Sequence record: DRR723986_1437
Reading direction: 5' to 3' (one strand)
Length of the DNA: 64,000 nucleotides
This document shows, in pieces, positions 1-9,154 of the stretch; position 1 is the first letter of the stretch; each line of letters opens with the position of its first letter. The notes beneath the pieces are model-generated. The model was not told where the DNA came from. It saw nothing but the letters and a program-made list of their open reading frames with translations, and made no database searches. The translations under genes and the position numbers were made by a program.

Positions 1-195
1 CGGGCAGCGGTGACCCTTCAAGTTCAGCTCTTAAATCACTAGTTCAGTGCGAACCATGTAACCCACGCCGAGTTCACAAAACAACCCCAATCACAAATCA
101 GTTTTGACTTACAGGCAAAACTGCTTCGGGCAAGCACCAATTACCATATCACCTCGAAAAAGGTATTCTTAAAAGCTGTCAAAGAGGTACCCCCT

Positions 196-1686
196 ATGAA
201 TGCGCCCACCGAAGACTTTGTACTGAATGCTGCCCAACGCGCAGAGGTCATCGCAGGACTGAACCAAATTCTGCCCGCCCACGCCGTGTTGCACGAAGTT
301 GAAGACACCAAGCCTTACGAATGCGATGGTTTAAGCCTGTTTCGCCAGTTGCCCATGGTAGTGGCACTGCCTGAAACCGAAGACCAGGTGATTCAAATCC
401 TGAAACTGGCCAATCGACTGAACGTACCCGTGGTGGCCAGAGGTGCCGGCACAGGTTTGTCCGGCGGCGCGCAACCCCACAAACACGGTATTTTGTTGGG
501 GATGGCAAAATTCAACAAAATCTTGAAAGTGGATGTGCAATCCCGCAGTGCCGTGGTGCAGCCCGGTGTTCGCAACTTGGCCATTTCCGAAGCCGTCGCC
601 CAACACCAGCTGTACTACGCGCCCGACCCCTCTAGCCAAATTGCCTGCACGATTGGCGGCAATGTGGCCGAAAACAGCGGCGGCGTACATTGCCTGAAGT
701 ATGGCCTCACGGTACACAATGTGCTGAAGGTGCGCGCGATTACCATTGAAGGCGAAATCGTTGAGTTCGGCTCCGAAGCACCCGATGCGCCTGGCCTCGA
801 GTTAATGAATTTGGTGATTGGCTCAGAAGGCATGCTGGCTGTGGTTACTGAGGTCACCGTAAAACTGGTGCCCAAACCCGCACTGGCACAGGTCATTATG
901 GCCAGCTTCGACGATGTCGCCAACGCAGGCAATGCGGTGGCTGCCGTGATTGCTGCCGGCATTATCCCAGCGGGGCTGGAGATGATGGACAAACGCGCCA
1001 GCCAAATGGTGGAGCCTTTTGTAAAAGCCGGTTACGACACTGAAGCGGAAGCCATTTTGTTGCTTGAAAGCGATGGCACCCCGGAAGAAGTGGCCGAGGA
1101 AATTGCTGAAATGACACGCGTGCTGAATGGCTGTGGAGCAACAGCCATCAAGGTGTCGCAAAGCGAAGCTGAACGCCTGAAATTTTGGGCTGGCCGCAAA
1201 AACGCATTTCCAGCGGCGGGCCGAGTATCGCCCGATTATTACTGTATGGACGGCACCATTCCCCGCCGCCGTTTGGCCGATGTACTCAATGCCATCACCG
1301 AGATGGAGAAAAAGTACGACATGCGGTGTGCCAACGTATTTCATGCGGGCGACGGCAATTTGCACCCCCTGATTTTGTTTGATGCCAACAAGCCTGAGGA
1401 AATCAAACGCGCGGAGGATTTCGGTGCCGAAATTCTGGAACTGTGCGTGGAGGTCGGCGGCACTGTAACCGGCGAGCACGGCGTGGGCATCGAGAAAATC
1501 AACCAGATGTGTGTGCAGTTTTCGCGCGCTGAACTGGACGCATTCTTTGCGGTGAAAAAAGCCTTCGACGAACCTGGTTTGCTCAACCCTGGCAAAGCCA
1601 TTCCAACCCTGCACCGCTGTGCCGAATACGGCCGCATGCATGTGCACGGTGGGCAAGTGCCTTTCGCTGACCTGCCCCGCTTTTAA
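196..1686 (+). CDS. glcD: Glycolate oxidase subunit GlcD (FAD-linked oxidase)
   Basis: 496 aa; RGAGTGLSGG, PDPSSQIACTIGGNVAENSGGVHCLKYG, HAGDGNLHP, GEHGVG motifs; first gene of a glcDEF cluster. Confidence 0.93.
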   Translation: MNAPTEDFVLNAAQRAEVIAGLNQILPAHAVLHEVEDTKPYECDGLSLFRQLPMVVALPETEDQVIQILKLANRLNVPVVARGAGTGLSGGAQPHKHGILLGMAKFNKILKVDVQSRSAVVQPGVRNLAISEAVAQHQLYYAPDPSSQIACTIGGNVAENSGGVHCLKYGLTVHNVLKVRAITIEGEIVEFGSEAPDAPGLELMNLVIGSEGMLAVVTEVTVKLVPKPALAQVIMASFDDVANAGNAVAAVIAAGIIPAGLEMMDKRASQMVEPFVKAGYDTEAEAILLLESDGTPEEVAEEIAEMTRVLNGCGATAIKVSQSEAERLKFWAGRKNAFPAAGRVSPDYYCMDGTIPRRRLADVLNAITEMEKKYDMRCANVFHAGDGNLHPLILFDANKPEEIKRAEDFGAEILELCVEVGGTVTGEHGVGIEKINQMCVQFSRAELDAFFAVKKAFDEPGLLNPGKAIPTLHRCAEYGRMHVHGGQVPFADLPRF

Positions 1687-1698
1687 AAGAACGAGACC

Positions 1699-2775
1699 AT
1701 GAGCGACTTTATCGACGACCTGTGCAAACGGGTAGAACTGGCTGCACGCAACAACACACAACTTCGTCCAGTGGGCGGTGGCACCAAGAATTTCTACGGC
1801 GGCCCCCTTCAAGGTGAAGAAGTGGACATGCGCCAATGGGCAGGCATTGTGGAATACGAACCCACGGAACTGGTCATCACCGTGAAACCAGGCACACTGT
1901 TGGCTGAGGTGGAAGCCGCACTGGCTGCGCAAAAACAGGAATTGGCATTTGAACCCCCACGATTGGGAACAGGCGGTACTGTCGGCGGTGCAATTGCCAG
2001 TGGCCTGGCTGGCCCGGCCCGTTTAAGCCGGGGCGGCGTGAAAGATTATGTGTTGGGCTGCACATTGCTGGATGGCAAAGGCCAGCTTTTGCACTTCGGC
2101 GGCGTGGTCATGAAAAACGTGGCGGGTTACGACGTGGCACGAGTGATTCCCGGCAGCATGGGCACACTTGGCATTGCAACTGAATTGTCAATCAAGGTCA
2201 TGCCTGTTGCTCCTGCGGAAGCCACGCTGCAGTTCGAGATGGATGTCAACAAGGCCATTTCGCAAAGCAATGAATGGCTGTCCAAACCCTTGCCAATTTC
2301 AGCCACGTTTTTTGAGAATGGCAAGTTGACGGTTCGCCTGCGCGGTGCCAGTGCTGCTGTTCAGGCCGCACTGAAAAACATGGGCGGGCATGAAATGGAA
2401 ACGCAGCAAGCAACAACCTTCTGGACCAGTGTGCGTGACCAACAACATGAATTCTTTATGCGCGAAGGCGATTTGTGGCGTTTGGCAGTGCCACCCACTA
2501 CCGTGGATTTGGCCATGCACGGTCAAAGTGTCCATGAATGGGGCAGCGGTTTGCGCTGGTTCCGAGCAGACTCGGGCACCACCGAGGATCAGATTCGGGC
2601 AATGGCAAAGCGCGTTGGTGGCCATGCCACCCTGTACCGCACTGCCAACTCCGCCGCACGTCAGCATGCATTTCAGCAACCGGATGCGGTCATGCTCAAA
2701 TTGCAGCGCCGCCTGAAAGAGCAATTCGACCCGGCTGGTGTTTTCAGCATCAACCGCCTGTCACCTATTTTGTAA
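1699..2775 (+). CDS. glcE: Glycolate oxidase subunit GlcE
   Basis: 358 aa; YEPTELVIT, FGGVVMKNVAGYD, FDPAGVF; lies between glcD and glcF. Confidence 0.92.
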   Translation: MSDFIDDLCKRVELAARNNTQLRPVGGGTKNFYGGPLQGEEVDMRQWAGIVEYEPTELVITVKPGTLLAEVEAALAAQKQELAFEPPRLGTGGTVGGAIASGLAGPARLSRGGVKDYVLGCTLLDGKGQLLHFGGVVMKNVAGYDVARVIPGSMGTLGIATELSIKVMPVAPAEATLQFEMDVNKAISQSNEWLSKPLPISATFFENGKLTVRLRGASAAVQAALKNMGGHEMETQQATTFWTSVRDQQHEFFMREGDLWRLAVPPTTVDLAMHGQSVHEWGSGLRWFRADSGTTEDQIRAMAKRVGGHATLYRTANSAARQHAFQQPDAVMLKLQRRLKEQFDPAGVFSINRLSPIL

Positions 2776-2784
2776 GCAGAGCCC

Positions 2785-4035
2785 ATGGATACCCAACTCG
2801 CCGACTGGATCAAAGACACCCCTGATGGCAAAACAGCCGACGCGATTTTGCGAAAGTGCGTGCATTGCGGTTTTTGCACCGCGACTTGTCCCACCTACCA
2901 AATTTTGGGCGATGAACTGGACAGCCCGCGCGGTCGAATTTATTTGATCAAGCAAGTTCTGGAAGGCAAACAGGTGACCCGCAAAACCCAGCAACACCTG
3001 GACCGCTGTCTCACCTGTCGCAACTGCGAAACCACCTGTCCATCGGGTGTGAAATACGGCCAGTTAATCGATATTGGCCGCAAGATTGTGGACGAGCGGG
3101 TCGAGCGTCCCATGTCAGAAAAGCTGACTCGCGAGAGCCTGAAAATGCTGATGACCAACCGCCCCATGTTCAACGCGGGCATGGCCTTGGGTAAAGCTGT
3201 ACGCGGCATACTTCCCGAAAGCATCAAGAAAAAAGTGCCTGCCAAGCGCGCCACCTTGCCATTCGCCAACACGGCACACACACGCAAAGTCATTTTGCTC
3301 AAGGGCTGTGTGCAGCCTGCCATGATGCCTTCGATTGATTCAGCAACTTCGGTCATTCTGGATGCGCTGGGCGTTCAAAGCATGGTGGTTCAGGAATCCG
3401 GCTGCTGTGGTGCTGTGAAATTTCACCTGAATGACCATGCAGGCGGTCTTGCGCAAATGAAAACCAATATCGATGCATGGTATTCCTTGTTGGCAAACGG
3501 CGAAGCTGAAGCGCTTGTTATGAACGCCTCTGGCTGCGGGGTCACGGTCCGTGAATACGCGCACCACTTCGAGAACGACGCAGAATACGCCGCCAAAGCC
3601 AGGCTGGTCAGCGAGAAAACGGTGGACATTGGTGAGTACATCACTCGACAAAATGCAGACGGCCTGGCCCGCCTCAGTGTGAAAGTAAAAGCGGCCATTG
3701 AACAACAACGAATTCCAGGCAGCATCGCCTTTCATCCGCCCTGCACCTTGCAACACGGCCAACAAATCAAGGGGGTCGTCGAAAACGTCCTGACCACATT
3801 GGGCTTCAAACTGACCGCGGTTACAGATTCCCATTTGTGCTGTGGCTCGGCAGGCACTTATTCAGTGTTACAACCCGAACTGTCCAAAGAACTGAAGAAA
3901 CGCAAATTGGCCAACCTGATGGCAGGCAATCCACAGGCCATCGCATCCGCCAACATTGGTTGCTTGGGGCATTTGGAGAGTGACGCCACTGTGGATGTTC
4001 GACATTGGGTGGAGTGGGTAGCGCAGGCTGTTTGA
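2785..4035 (+). CDS. glcF: Glycolate oxidase Fe-S subunit GlcF
   Basis: Two 4Fe-4S motifs (CVHCGFCTATCP, CLTCRNCETTCP) and two CCG domains. Confidence 0.93.
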   Translation: MDTQLADWIKDTPDGKTADAILRKCVHCGFCTATCPTYQILGDELDSPRGRIYLIKQVLEGKQVTRKTQQHLDRCLTCRNCETTCPSGVKYGQLIDIGRKIVDERVERPMSEKLTRESLKMLMTNRPMFNAGMALGKAVRGILPESIKKKVPAKRATLPFANTAHTRKVILLKGCVQPAMMPSIDSATSVILDALGVQSMVVQESGCCGAVKFHLNDHAGGLAQMKTNIDAWYSLLANGEAEALVMNASGCGVTVREYAHHFENDAEYAAKARLVSEKTVDIGEYITRQNADGLARLSVKVKAAIEQQRIPGSIAFHPPCTLQHGQQIKGVVENVLTTLGFKLTAVTDSHLCCGSAGTYSVLQPELSKELKKRKLANLMAGNPQAIASANIGCLGHLESDATVDVRHWVEWVAQAV

Positions 4036-4053
4036 TGAAAAATTGCGCAACAC

Positions 4054-4081
4054 GGAACTGAAAGGATCGCACATTTACTAA
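4054..4081 (+). promoter_or_regulatory. hrp-box-like ECF sigma promoter
   Basis: GGAACT-N15-TTACTAA, 32 nt upstream of the ATG at 4114. Confidence 0.55.
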
Positions 4082-4113
4082 GTGGTCCTTTCAATTCCTA
4101 AGTATTTGTAGCC

Positions 4114-4566
4114 ATGACCATCACAGACAATAGCCGCACCACCGCACCACGCCCAGTCAGCTCATTGACCAGGGCACTCAGTCAAGTCAGTCTGGAGGAG
4201 CAGGCAAGACCCGCCAAAAAAGCAGCACTGTCCATCGCAAGTGAAACACTAAAGGCTCAACAAACCCGACAAATCGTGTCTTACTGCAACGCGATTGACC
4301 GGGAAATTCCATTGATTCAAGTGAACACCCGGCGAGCCTTGTCCACCTACTTGGTGAACAATCAAATTCACGACACCGGTCTGCTCAACCAGAGACAAAA
4401 AAACCTGTGCGCTTGGACCTTGCTGGAACACGCAGCCCGAGGCGATAGTGACTTCAAGAAGATTTACCCGGCACTGGTTGGCAGTTACGTCGGTGCCGCA
4501 GAAAAGCCGCGTTTCGAGGCATTGGCCCGATCGATGAACCTGAACCCTGCAAATTTTATCGCTTGA
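4114..4566 (+). CDS. Hypothetical protein, candidate type III secreted effector
   Basis: 150 aa orphan; S/T/P-rich N-terminus (MTITDNSRTTAPRPVSS); hrp-like box upstream. Confidence 0.6.
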   Translation: MTITDNSRTTAPRPVSSLTRALSQVSLEEQARPAKKAALSIASETLKAQQTRQIVSYCNAIDREIPLIQVNTRRALSTYLVNNQIHDTGLLNQRQKNLCAWTLLEHAARGDSDFKKIYPALVGSYVGAAEKPRFEALARSMNLNPANFIA

Positions 4567-4582
4567 GTGATCAGGCACATTT

Positions 4583-5176
4583 CTACTTCCTGCAGATGAC
4601 CTCCCGGCGGCTGTAGTAGCCAGGGTGGGAGGGAACCACTGGCATCATCATGTCTGCGCCGTCGATGCTTCTGAGCACATCTTCGGTGCAGGCAATAACG
4701 CCCAAACTGGCCAGCCATTTGGTGGCGGCCTCATCAGCATCCAATTCAAACTGGCGATTCATCGCATGCAGTTTCTCCATGGTCGCCGGGTTGCGTTCAA
4801 TCGCATCAAAGGCCATATCGGGGGTAGGCATGCCCGCCAGTTCCATCGCCTTTAAGCCCAGCTTTTTCTGATGCTCCAAGTGCACGTGAGCGTACTCGTG
4901 CGCGATCACGAACAACACGCCGTCAGGTGTCAGACGGTTTAAAAAGTCGGGATCCATGGTCAGCAAGGCACCCTCGATCCGATCAGACACGTAGGCTCTG
5001 CTCCATGTTTTCGTCAACTCAACCTCAAGCTTCATATTGGGCACGGTTTTACCCAACTGCACAATTGCATGATCGATGTCGGTGCGGCTTGCTGCCTGTG
5101 CACTCGGATATGAAAACAAAGGCCCCAGACAAAGAATCCAAAGACACCCCAAGGCTTTGACGCGTGCACTCCGCAT
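4583..5176 (-). CDS. M48-family zinc metallopeptidase, probably exported
   Basis: VIAHEYAH, ELDAD and SHP motifs; signal-like N-terminus from ATG 5176 (ORF track starts at 5338, overlapping the upstream gene). Confidence 0.75.
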   Translation of the reverse strand: MRSARVKALGCLWILCLGPLFSYPSAQAASRTDIDHAIVQLGKTVPNMKLEVELTKTWSRAYVSDRIEGALLTMDPDFLNRLTPDGVLFVIAHEYAHVHLEHQKKLGLKAMELAGMPTPDMAFDAIERNPATMEKLHAMNRQFELDADEAATKWLASLGVIACTEDVLRSIDGADMMMPVVPSHPGYYSRREVICRK

Positions 5177-5243
5177 ACTCCACTCCAACTTCGAGCTAAC
5201 TGACTGCCTAAGTTTAATCACAGCGCCATTGCCATGCAATCCA

Positions 5244-6230
5244 CTAAAAACCAAATGGCTTAAGGCCGCTTGAAAACTGCACTGCATCCAACGGAGTGGA
5301 ATTGACCAAGGCGTGCGTTTCGACCACCAGAGATTCAAACATGGGGCGTTGATCTTGGGTCAACTCAGTGCCATCAAACTGAATAAAGGGATCAGTCCCC
5401 CCCTTGATTGTGGCCAACAATGCCATTTCAAGCACAGAGCCAGGCAAATTCACGTGATCCGAAGTGGAGAGCCAAGCAGCAGCTTTTCTACGGTTATCAG
5501 CCCCTCCCTCCAGCCAGACGCACGCCTGCCGAAGCGCTCTGCACAATCCGCTCAAGGCTTGTGGATTCTGGTTAGCCCATGAGCGGGTACATCCCAGAAC
5601 CTTTTCAGGCGCTTTGGGCCACAAACTGTTCGAAGTGGCCACAATCGAGCCCAACCCCTCATTCACCGCCAAGGAGTTGTAGGGTTCACCCACACAAAAA
5701 GCATCAATCAAACCCGCTTGAAGCGAGGCCACCATTCGAACAGGAGGAACCACTTCAAAACGTACATCCTGATCCGGATCCACATCATTCAAACGCAGCC
5801 AGCGGCGAAGCTGCAAAGTGTGCATCGAAAACGGGAACACAGTGCCAAACACCATGGCTCGCTCTCCCCGGGATTTTGCGGTCCTTAATTTTGAACCTAG
5901 TGTTTCACCCTCAATGAGCCCAGAGATCAAAGTTGCCAAAGACTTGCTGACGGTTATCGCATTCCCGCTTCGATTCAACACGAGTGGTGCCACCACTTCC
6001 TTTCTGGGAGAACCACCCAGCCCCAATTGCAAGGCAATCGCCATGGGCGAAAGCATATGTGCTGCATCAATTTCACCATAGGCCAGTTTGTCGCGAAGCG
6101 TCGCCCAAGAAGCCTGCTTGACCAGCTCGACAGTCAAACTCTCCGCCTCGAAGAAACCCATTTTCTGGGCAACCACAAACGGCGCAGAATCAGTCAGCGC
6201 AATCACGCCGATGCGAATTTCCTGTTGCAT
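5244..6230 (-). CDS. nasS: NasS/CmpA/NrtA-family nitrate sensor
   Basis: LTDSAP, SWATLRDKL, VFPFSMH, FCVGEP motifs; no signal peptide; coupled to an ANTAR regulator. Confidence 0.75.
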   Translation of the reverse strand: MQQEIRIGVIALTDSAPFVVAQKMGFFEAESLTVELVKQASWATLRDKLAYGEIDAAHMLSPMAIALQLGLGGSPRKEVVAPLVLNRSGNAITVSKSLATLISGLIEGETLGSKLRTAKSRGERAMVFGTVFPFSMHTLQLRRWLRLNDVDPDQDVRFEVVPPVRMVASLQAGLIDAFCVGEPYNSLAVNEGLGSIVATSNSLWPKAPEKVLGCTRSWANQNPQALSGLCRALRQACVWLEGGADNRRKAAAWLSTSDHVNLPGSVLEMALLATIKGGTDPFIQFDGTELTQDQRPMFESLVVETHALVNSTPLDAVQFSSGLKPFGF

Positions 6231-6853
6231 TACACGCCACCTCCACCCAACATTTCAAACACCTCAATGACGTTGCGTGCCGTATCCACAAGACGTTGAT
6301 TGCGCTCCATGGCCAGCTTGCGCATGGCGTGGTAGGCCTCGTCTTCATTAAAATTGCGGTGCTTCATCAACAGGCCTTTGGCTTTGTCGATCAACTTGCG
6401 GTCTGCAAGCTGATCACGGGTTTTCTGCAACTCGTTTTTTAGTGCCTGAAATTCGCGAAAACGGGCAACGGCCACCTGCACGATTGGACGTACTCGATCC
6501 GGGTTCATGCCATCGGCCACGTAGGCACTCACGCCGGCCTTGATGGCACTGGCAATCGTGTCCTCGTTGTCTTCATCTGAAAACATAATGACGGGTTTCG
6601 GATTGCTGCGTGACAACACCGCCATGTTCTCAAGGCAATCGCGATCGGGTGAGTCGATGTCCACAATCACGATGTCAGGCTGGGATACCGCCACATGTTC
6701 AACCAAACGATCGGCGGAACTGAGACGGGACACCAGCACATAACCTGCATCAAGCAAGGCGCGTTCCAGTATGGCGGCCCGCCCTGGTTCCTCGTCGACC
6801 AAGAGTACTTTCAGTGGAGGTGTGGTGGCTTTGCCAGTTTTACTATTGACCAT
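6230..6853 (-). CDS. nasT: ANTAR-domain regulator (NasT-like)
   Basis: Receiver-like N-terminus plus ANTAR domain DRKLIDKAKGLLM...EAYHAMRKLAM. Confidence 0.85.
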   Translation of the reverse strand: MVNSKTGKATTPPLKVLLVDEEPGRAAILERALLDAGYVLVSRLSSADRLVEHVAVSQPDIVIVDIDSPDRDCLENMAVLSRSNPKPVIMFSDEDNEDTIASAIKAGVSAYVADGMNPDRVRPIVQVAVARFREFQALKNELQKTRDQLADRKLIDKAKGLLMKHRNFNEDEAYHAMRKLAMERNQRLVDTARNVIEVFEMLGGGGV

Positions 6854-6873
6854 GAACGGGTTTACTCATTCCT

Positions 6874-7509
6874 TTAGGGGGCAAGACGGGACATTGCCCA
6901 TGAATCACCGCGCAAGGTATAGGCGAGGCGATCATGGAGTCGCGACGGCCGCCCCTGCCAAAACTCAAAAAAATCGGGCACCAGACGATAACCGCCCCAA
7001 AATGGGGGCCGTGTTTGCGGATCACCCTGCTGTTCTTCCTGAGCCTGTCGCACTCTGGCTTCAAGCACCGCCCGGGAATCGATTACCTGGCTTTGTGGCG
7101 AAGCCCAGGCGCCCAGGCGGCTACCGGCTGGTCGCGACAGGTAATACGCATCAGACTCTTCGGGACTGCACTTCTCTACCCGCCCCTCAATTCGAACCTG
7201 ACGCTCCAGTTCTGTCCAGTGAAACAGAATCGCAGCGTGCGGATTCTGTGCCAGCTCCTGACCCTTGCGACTTTCATAATTGGTAAAAAACGTAATGCCA
7301 CGCGCATCCAGCCCCTTGATCAACACGATACGGGCCGAGGGTCGCCCTTGATCGTTTACCGTAGCCAGTGTCATGGCGTTGGGTTCAGGCAAATCTGCAC
7401 TCAAAGCCTGATCAAACCAAAGTTTGAAGAAGTCGAATGGATTGGCCAAGGCGTCAGCTTCATCCAGCGTGGCTTGGGTGTAGTCTTTTCGAAGATCCGC
7501 GATCGACAT
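6874..7509 (-). CDS. pdxH: Pyridoxamine 5'-phosphate oxidase
   Basis: [10 protein letters not shown] start, [32 protein letters not shown]. Confidence 0.95.
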   Translation of the reverse strand: MSIADLRKDYTQATLDEADALANPFDFFKLWFDQALSADLPEPNAMTLATVNDQGRPSARIVLIKGLDARGITFFTNYESRKGQELAQNPHAAILFHWTELERQVRIEGRVEKCSPEESDAYYLSRPAGSRLGAWASPQSQVIDSRAVLEARVRQAQEEQQGDPQTRPPFWGGYRLVPDFFEFWQGRPSRLHDRLAYTLRGDSWAMSRLAP

Positions 7510-7576
7510 AAAACAAAACTCCTTGATGCTGCTAAAGGTATGATGACCTTTATTTTCACATGCTGCCAGCACCACA

Positions 7577-8476
7577 ATGAAGAGCAATGCCGATCTGATC
7601 GACGAATTCTGCACCACTTTGTGGCTTGAGGAGGGATTGGCCAAAGCCACACTGCAGGCTTACCGCAGCGACTTGCAACAACTGGGAAACTGGCTGGAGA
7701 AGCAATTCGGTGAAAGCCTTTTGCAGGTCAGCAATGAACACATCCGCAACCATGTACACGACCTGCTGGAATTAAAGCCCAGTAGCCTGAACAGAAAACT
7801 AAGCAGCTACAAACGTTTTTATTTGTGGCTGAACACCACCAAGCAACGCGAGGACAACCCCTGCGCGCAACTGCAAAGTGCCAAGCGTGGCTTGCGCATT
7901 CCCAAAACCCTGAGCGAGAAACAAGTACTGGACCTGCTGGCTGCACCCGACTTGAGCAACGCCGCTGGGCAGCGCGACAAGGCCATGCTTGAATTCATGT
8001 ACGCCAGCGGCCTGCGGGTCAGTGAACTGGTGAATATGCCTTTGCGCGCAGTGGACCTGAATGTTGGTGCCGTCAAAGTGCTGGGCAAAGGCAACAAAGA
8101 ACGCTTGGTCCCCATGGGCGAGCCTGCAAGGCTGGCGATTCAGCTGTATTTGCAGCAGGCCCGCGGTGAGTTGTTGAAGGGGAAAACCAGCGACTTTTTA
8201 TTCGTAACCCACTTTGGCACTCCAATGACCCGCCAAGGCTTCTGGAAAAACGTCAAACGCCTGGCGTTGATTGCTGGGATCAACACCACAGTCAGCCCCC
8301 ATGTATTGCGGCATGCGTTTGCCACGCATTTGATCAACCATGGCGCCGACCTGCGCGTGGTGCAATTGCTCCTGGGGCACGCCGACATCGGCACCACCCA
8401 GATTTACACCCATGTGGCCAAAGAACACCTGCACACCCTGCTCAATCAAAGCCACCCACGATCAAAAAGTCGCTAA
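7577..8476 (+). CDS. xerD: Site-specific tyrosine recombinase XerD
   Basis: [58 protein letters not shown]. Confidence 0.92.
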   Translation: MKSNADLIDEFCTTLWLEEGLAKATLQAYRSDLQQLGNWLEKQFGESLLQVSNEHIRNHVHDLLELKPSSLNRKLSSYKRFYLWLNTTKQREDNPCAQLQSAKRGLRIPKTLSEKQVLDLLAAPDLSNAAGQRDKAMLEFMYASGLRVSELVNMPLRAVDLNVGAVKVLGKGNKERLVPMGEPARLAIQLYLQQARGELLKGKTSDFLFVTHFGTPMTRQGFWKNVKRLALIAGINTTVSPHVLRHAFATHLINHGADLRVVQLLLGHADIGTTQIYTHVAKEHLHTLLNQSHPRSKSR

Positions 8477-8511
8477 AATCGACGCCAAAGCCCAACAACA
8501 AGGAGACACCT

Positions 8512-9123
8512 TTGCTTAATTTCGCCGCTGGCCTGCTGATCGCCTATTTGATTGGTTCAATTTCATTCGCAGTGGTTGTTTCCAAATTCGTGGGTCTGGC
8601 CGATCCACGCACCTACGGCTCAAAAAACCCTGGTGCCACCAATGTGCTGCGAAGCGGCAACAAGAAAGCAGCCGTGCTCACGCTGTTGGGCGATGCCCTG
8701 AAAGGCACACTCGCCGTGGCACTGGCCTTCCATTTTCAAGACCAGCTGGGTTACAGCCGCACCGACATTGCCTGGATTGGACTGGCGGCCTTTATTGGTC
8801 ACCTGTACCCAGTATTCTTCAAATTTGAAGGCGGCAAAGGTGTGGCTACCGCGCTGGGCGTACTGCTTGGCTTGAACTGGATACTGGGCCTGGCCACCGC
8901 GATTACCTGGATAGTGATTGCCTACTTCTTCAGATATTCCTCTCTGGCCGCGCTCATCGCAGCGCTGTTTGCCGTGTTTTACAACGTACTGCTTTTTGGT
9001 ATCAACGGACAGGCTGCCGCCATCACAATCATGTCCGCCTTGCTCATCTATCGACACAAGCAAAACATTGCCAATTTGATCGCGGGCAAAGAAAGTAAAA
9101 TTGGCGATAAAAAAACTTCATGA
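8512..9123 (+). CDS. plsY: Glycerol-3-phosphate acyltransferase PlsY
   Basis: YLIGSI, GSKNPGATNVLR, GGKGVATA, RHKQNI; multi-TM; TTG start with AGGAG RBS. Confidence 0.93.
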   Translation: MLNFAAGLLIAYLIGSISFAVVVSKFVGLADPRTYGSKNPGATNVLRSGNKKAAVLTLLGDALKGTLAVALAFHFQDQLGYSRTDIAWIGLAAFIGHLYPVFFKFEGGKGVATALGVLLGLNWILGLATAITWIVIAYFFRYSSLAALIAALFAVFYNVLLFGINGQAAAITIMSALLIYRHKQNIANLIAGKESKIGDKKTS

Positions 9124-9154
9124 TTCCAGTTGACTTGGATACAAGCTCAATCAA

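Noticed and set aside
1-195. Possible gene fragment at the window start
   Set aside because: No convincing ORF or motif; treated as the glcD upstream region
823-1932. Long antisense ORFs (also 16950-17948, 28953-29945, 42205-43122, 48691-49680, 59005-59853)
   Set aside because: Shadow frames opposite well-supported genes; no motifs
7577-8476. Tyrosine recombinase as a phage or island integrase
   Set aside because: Length and motifs match housekeeping XerD; no att sites or phage genes nearby
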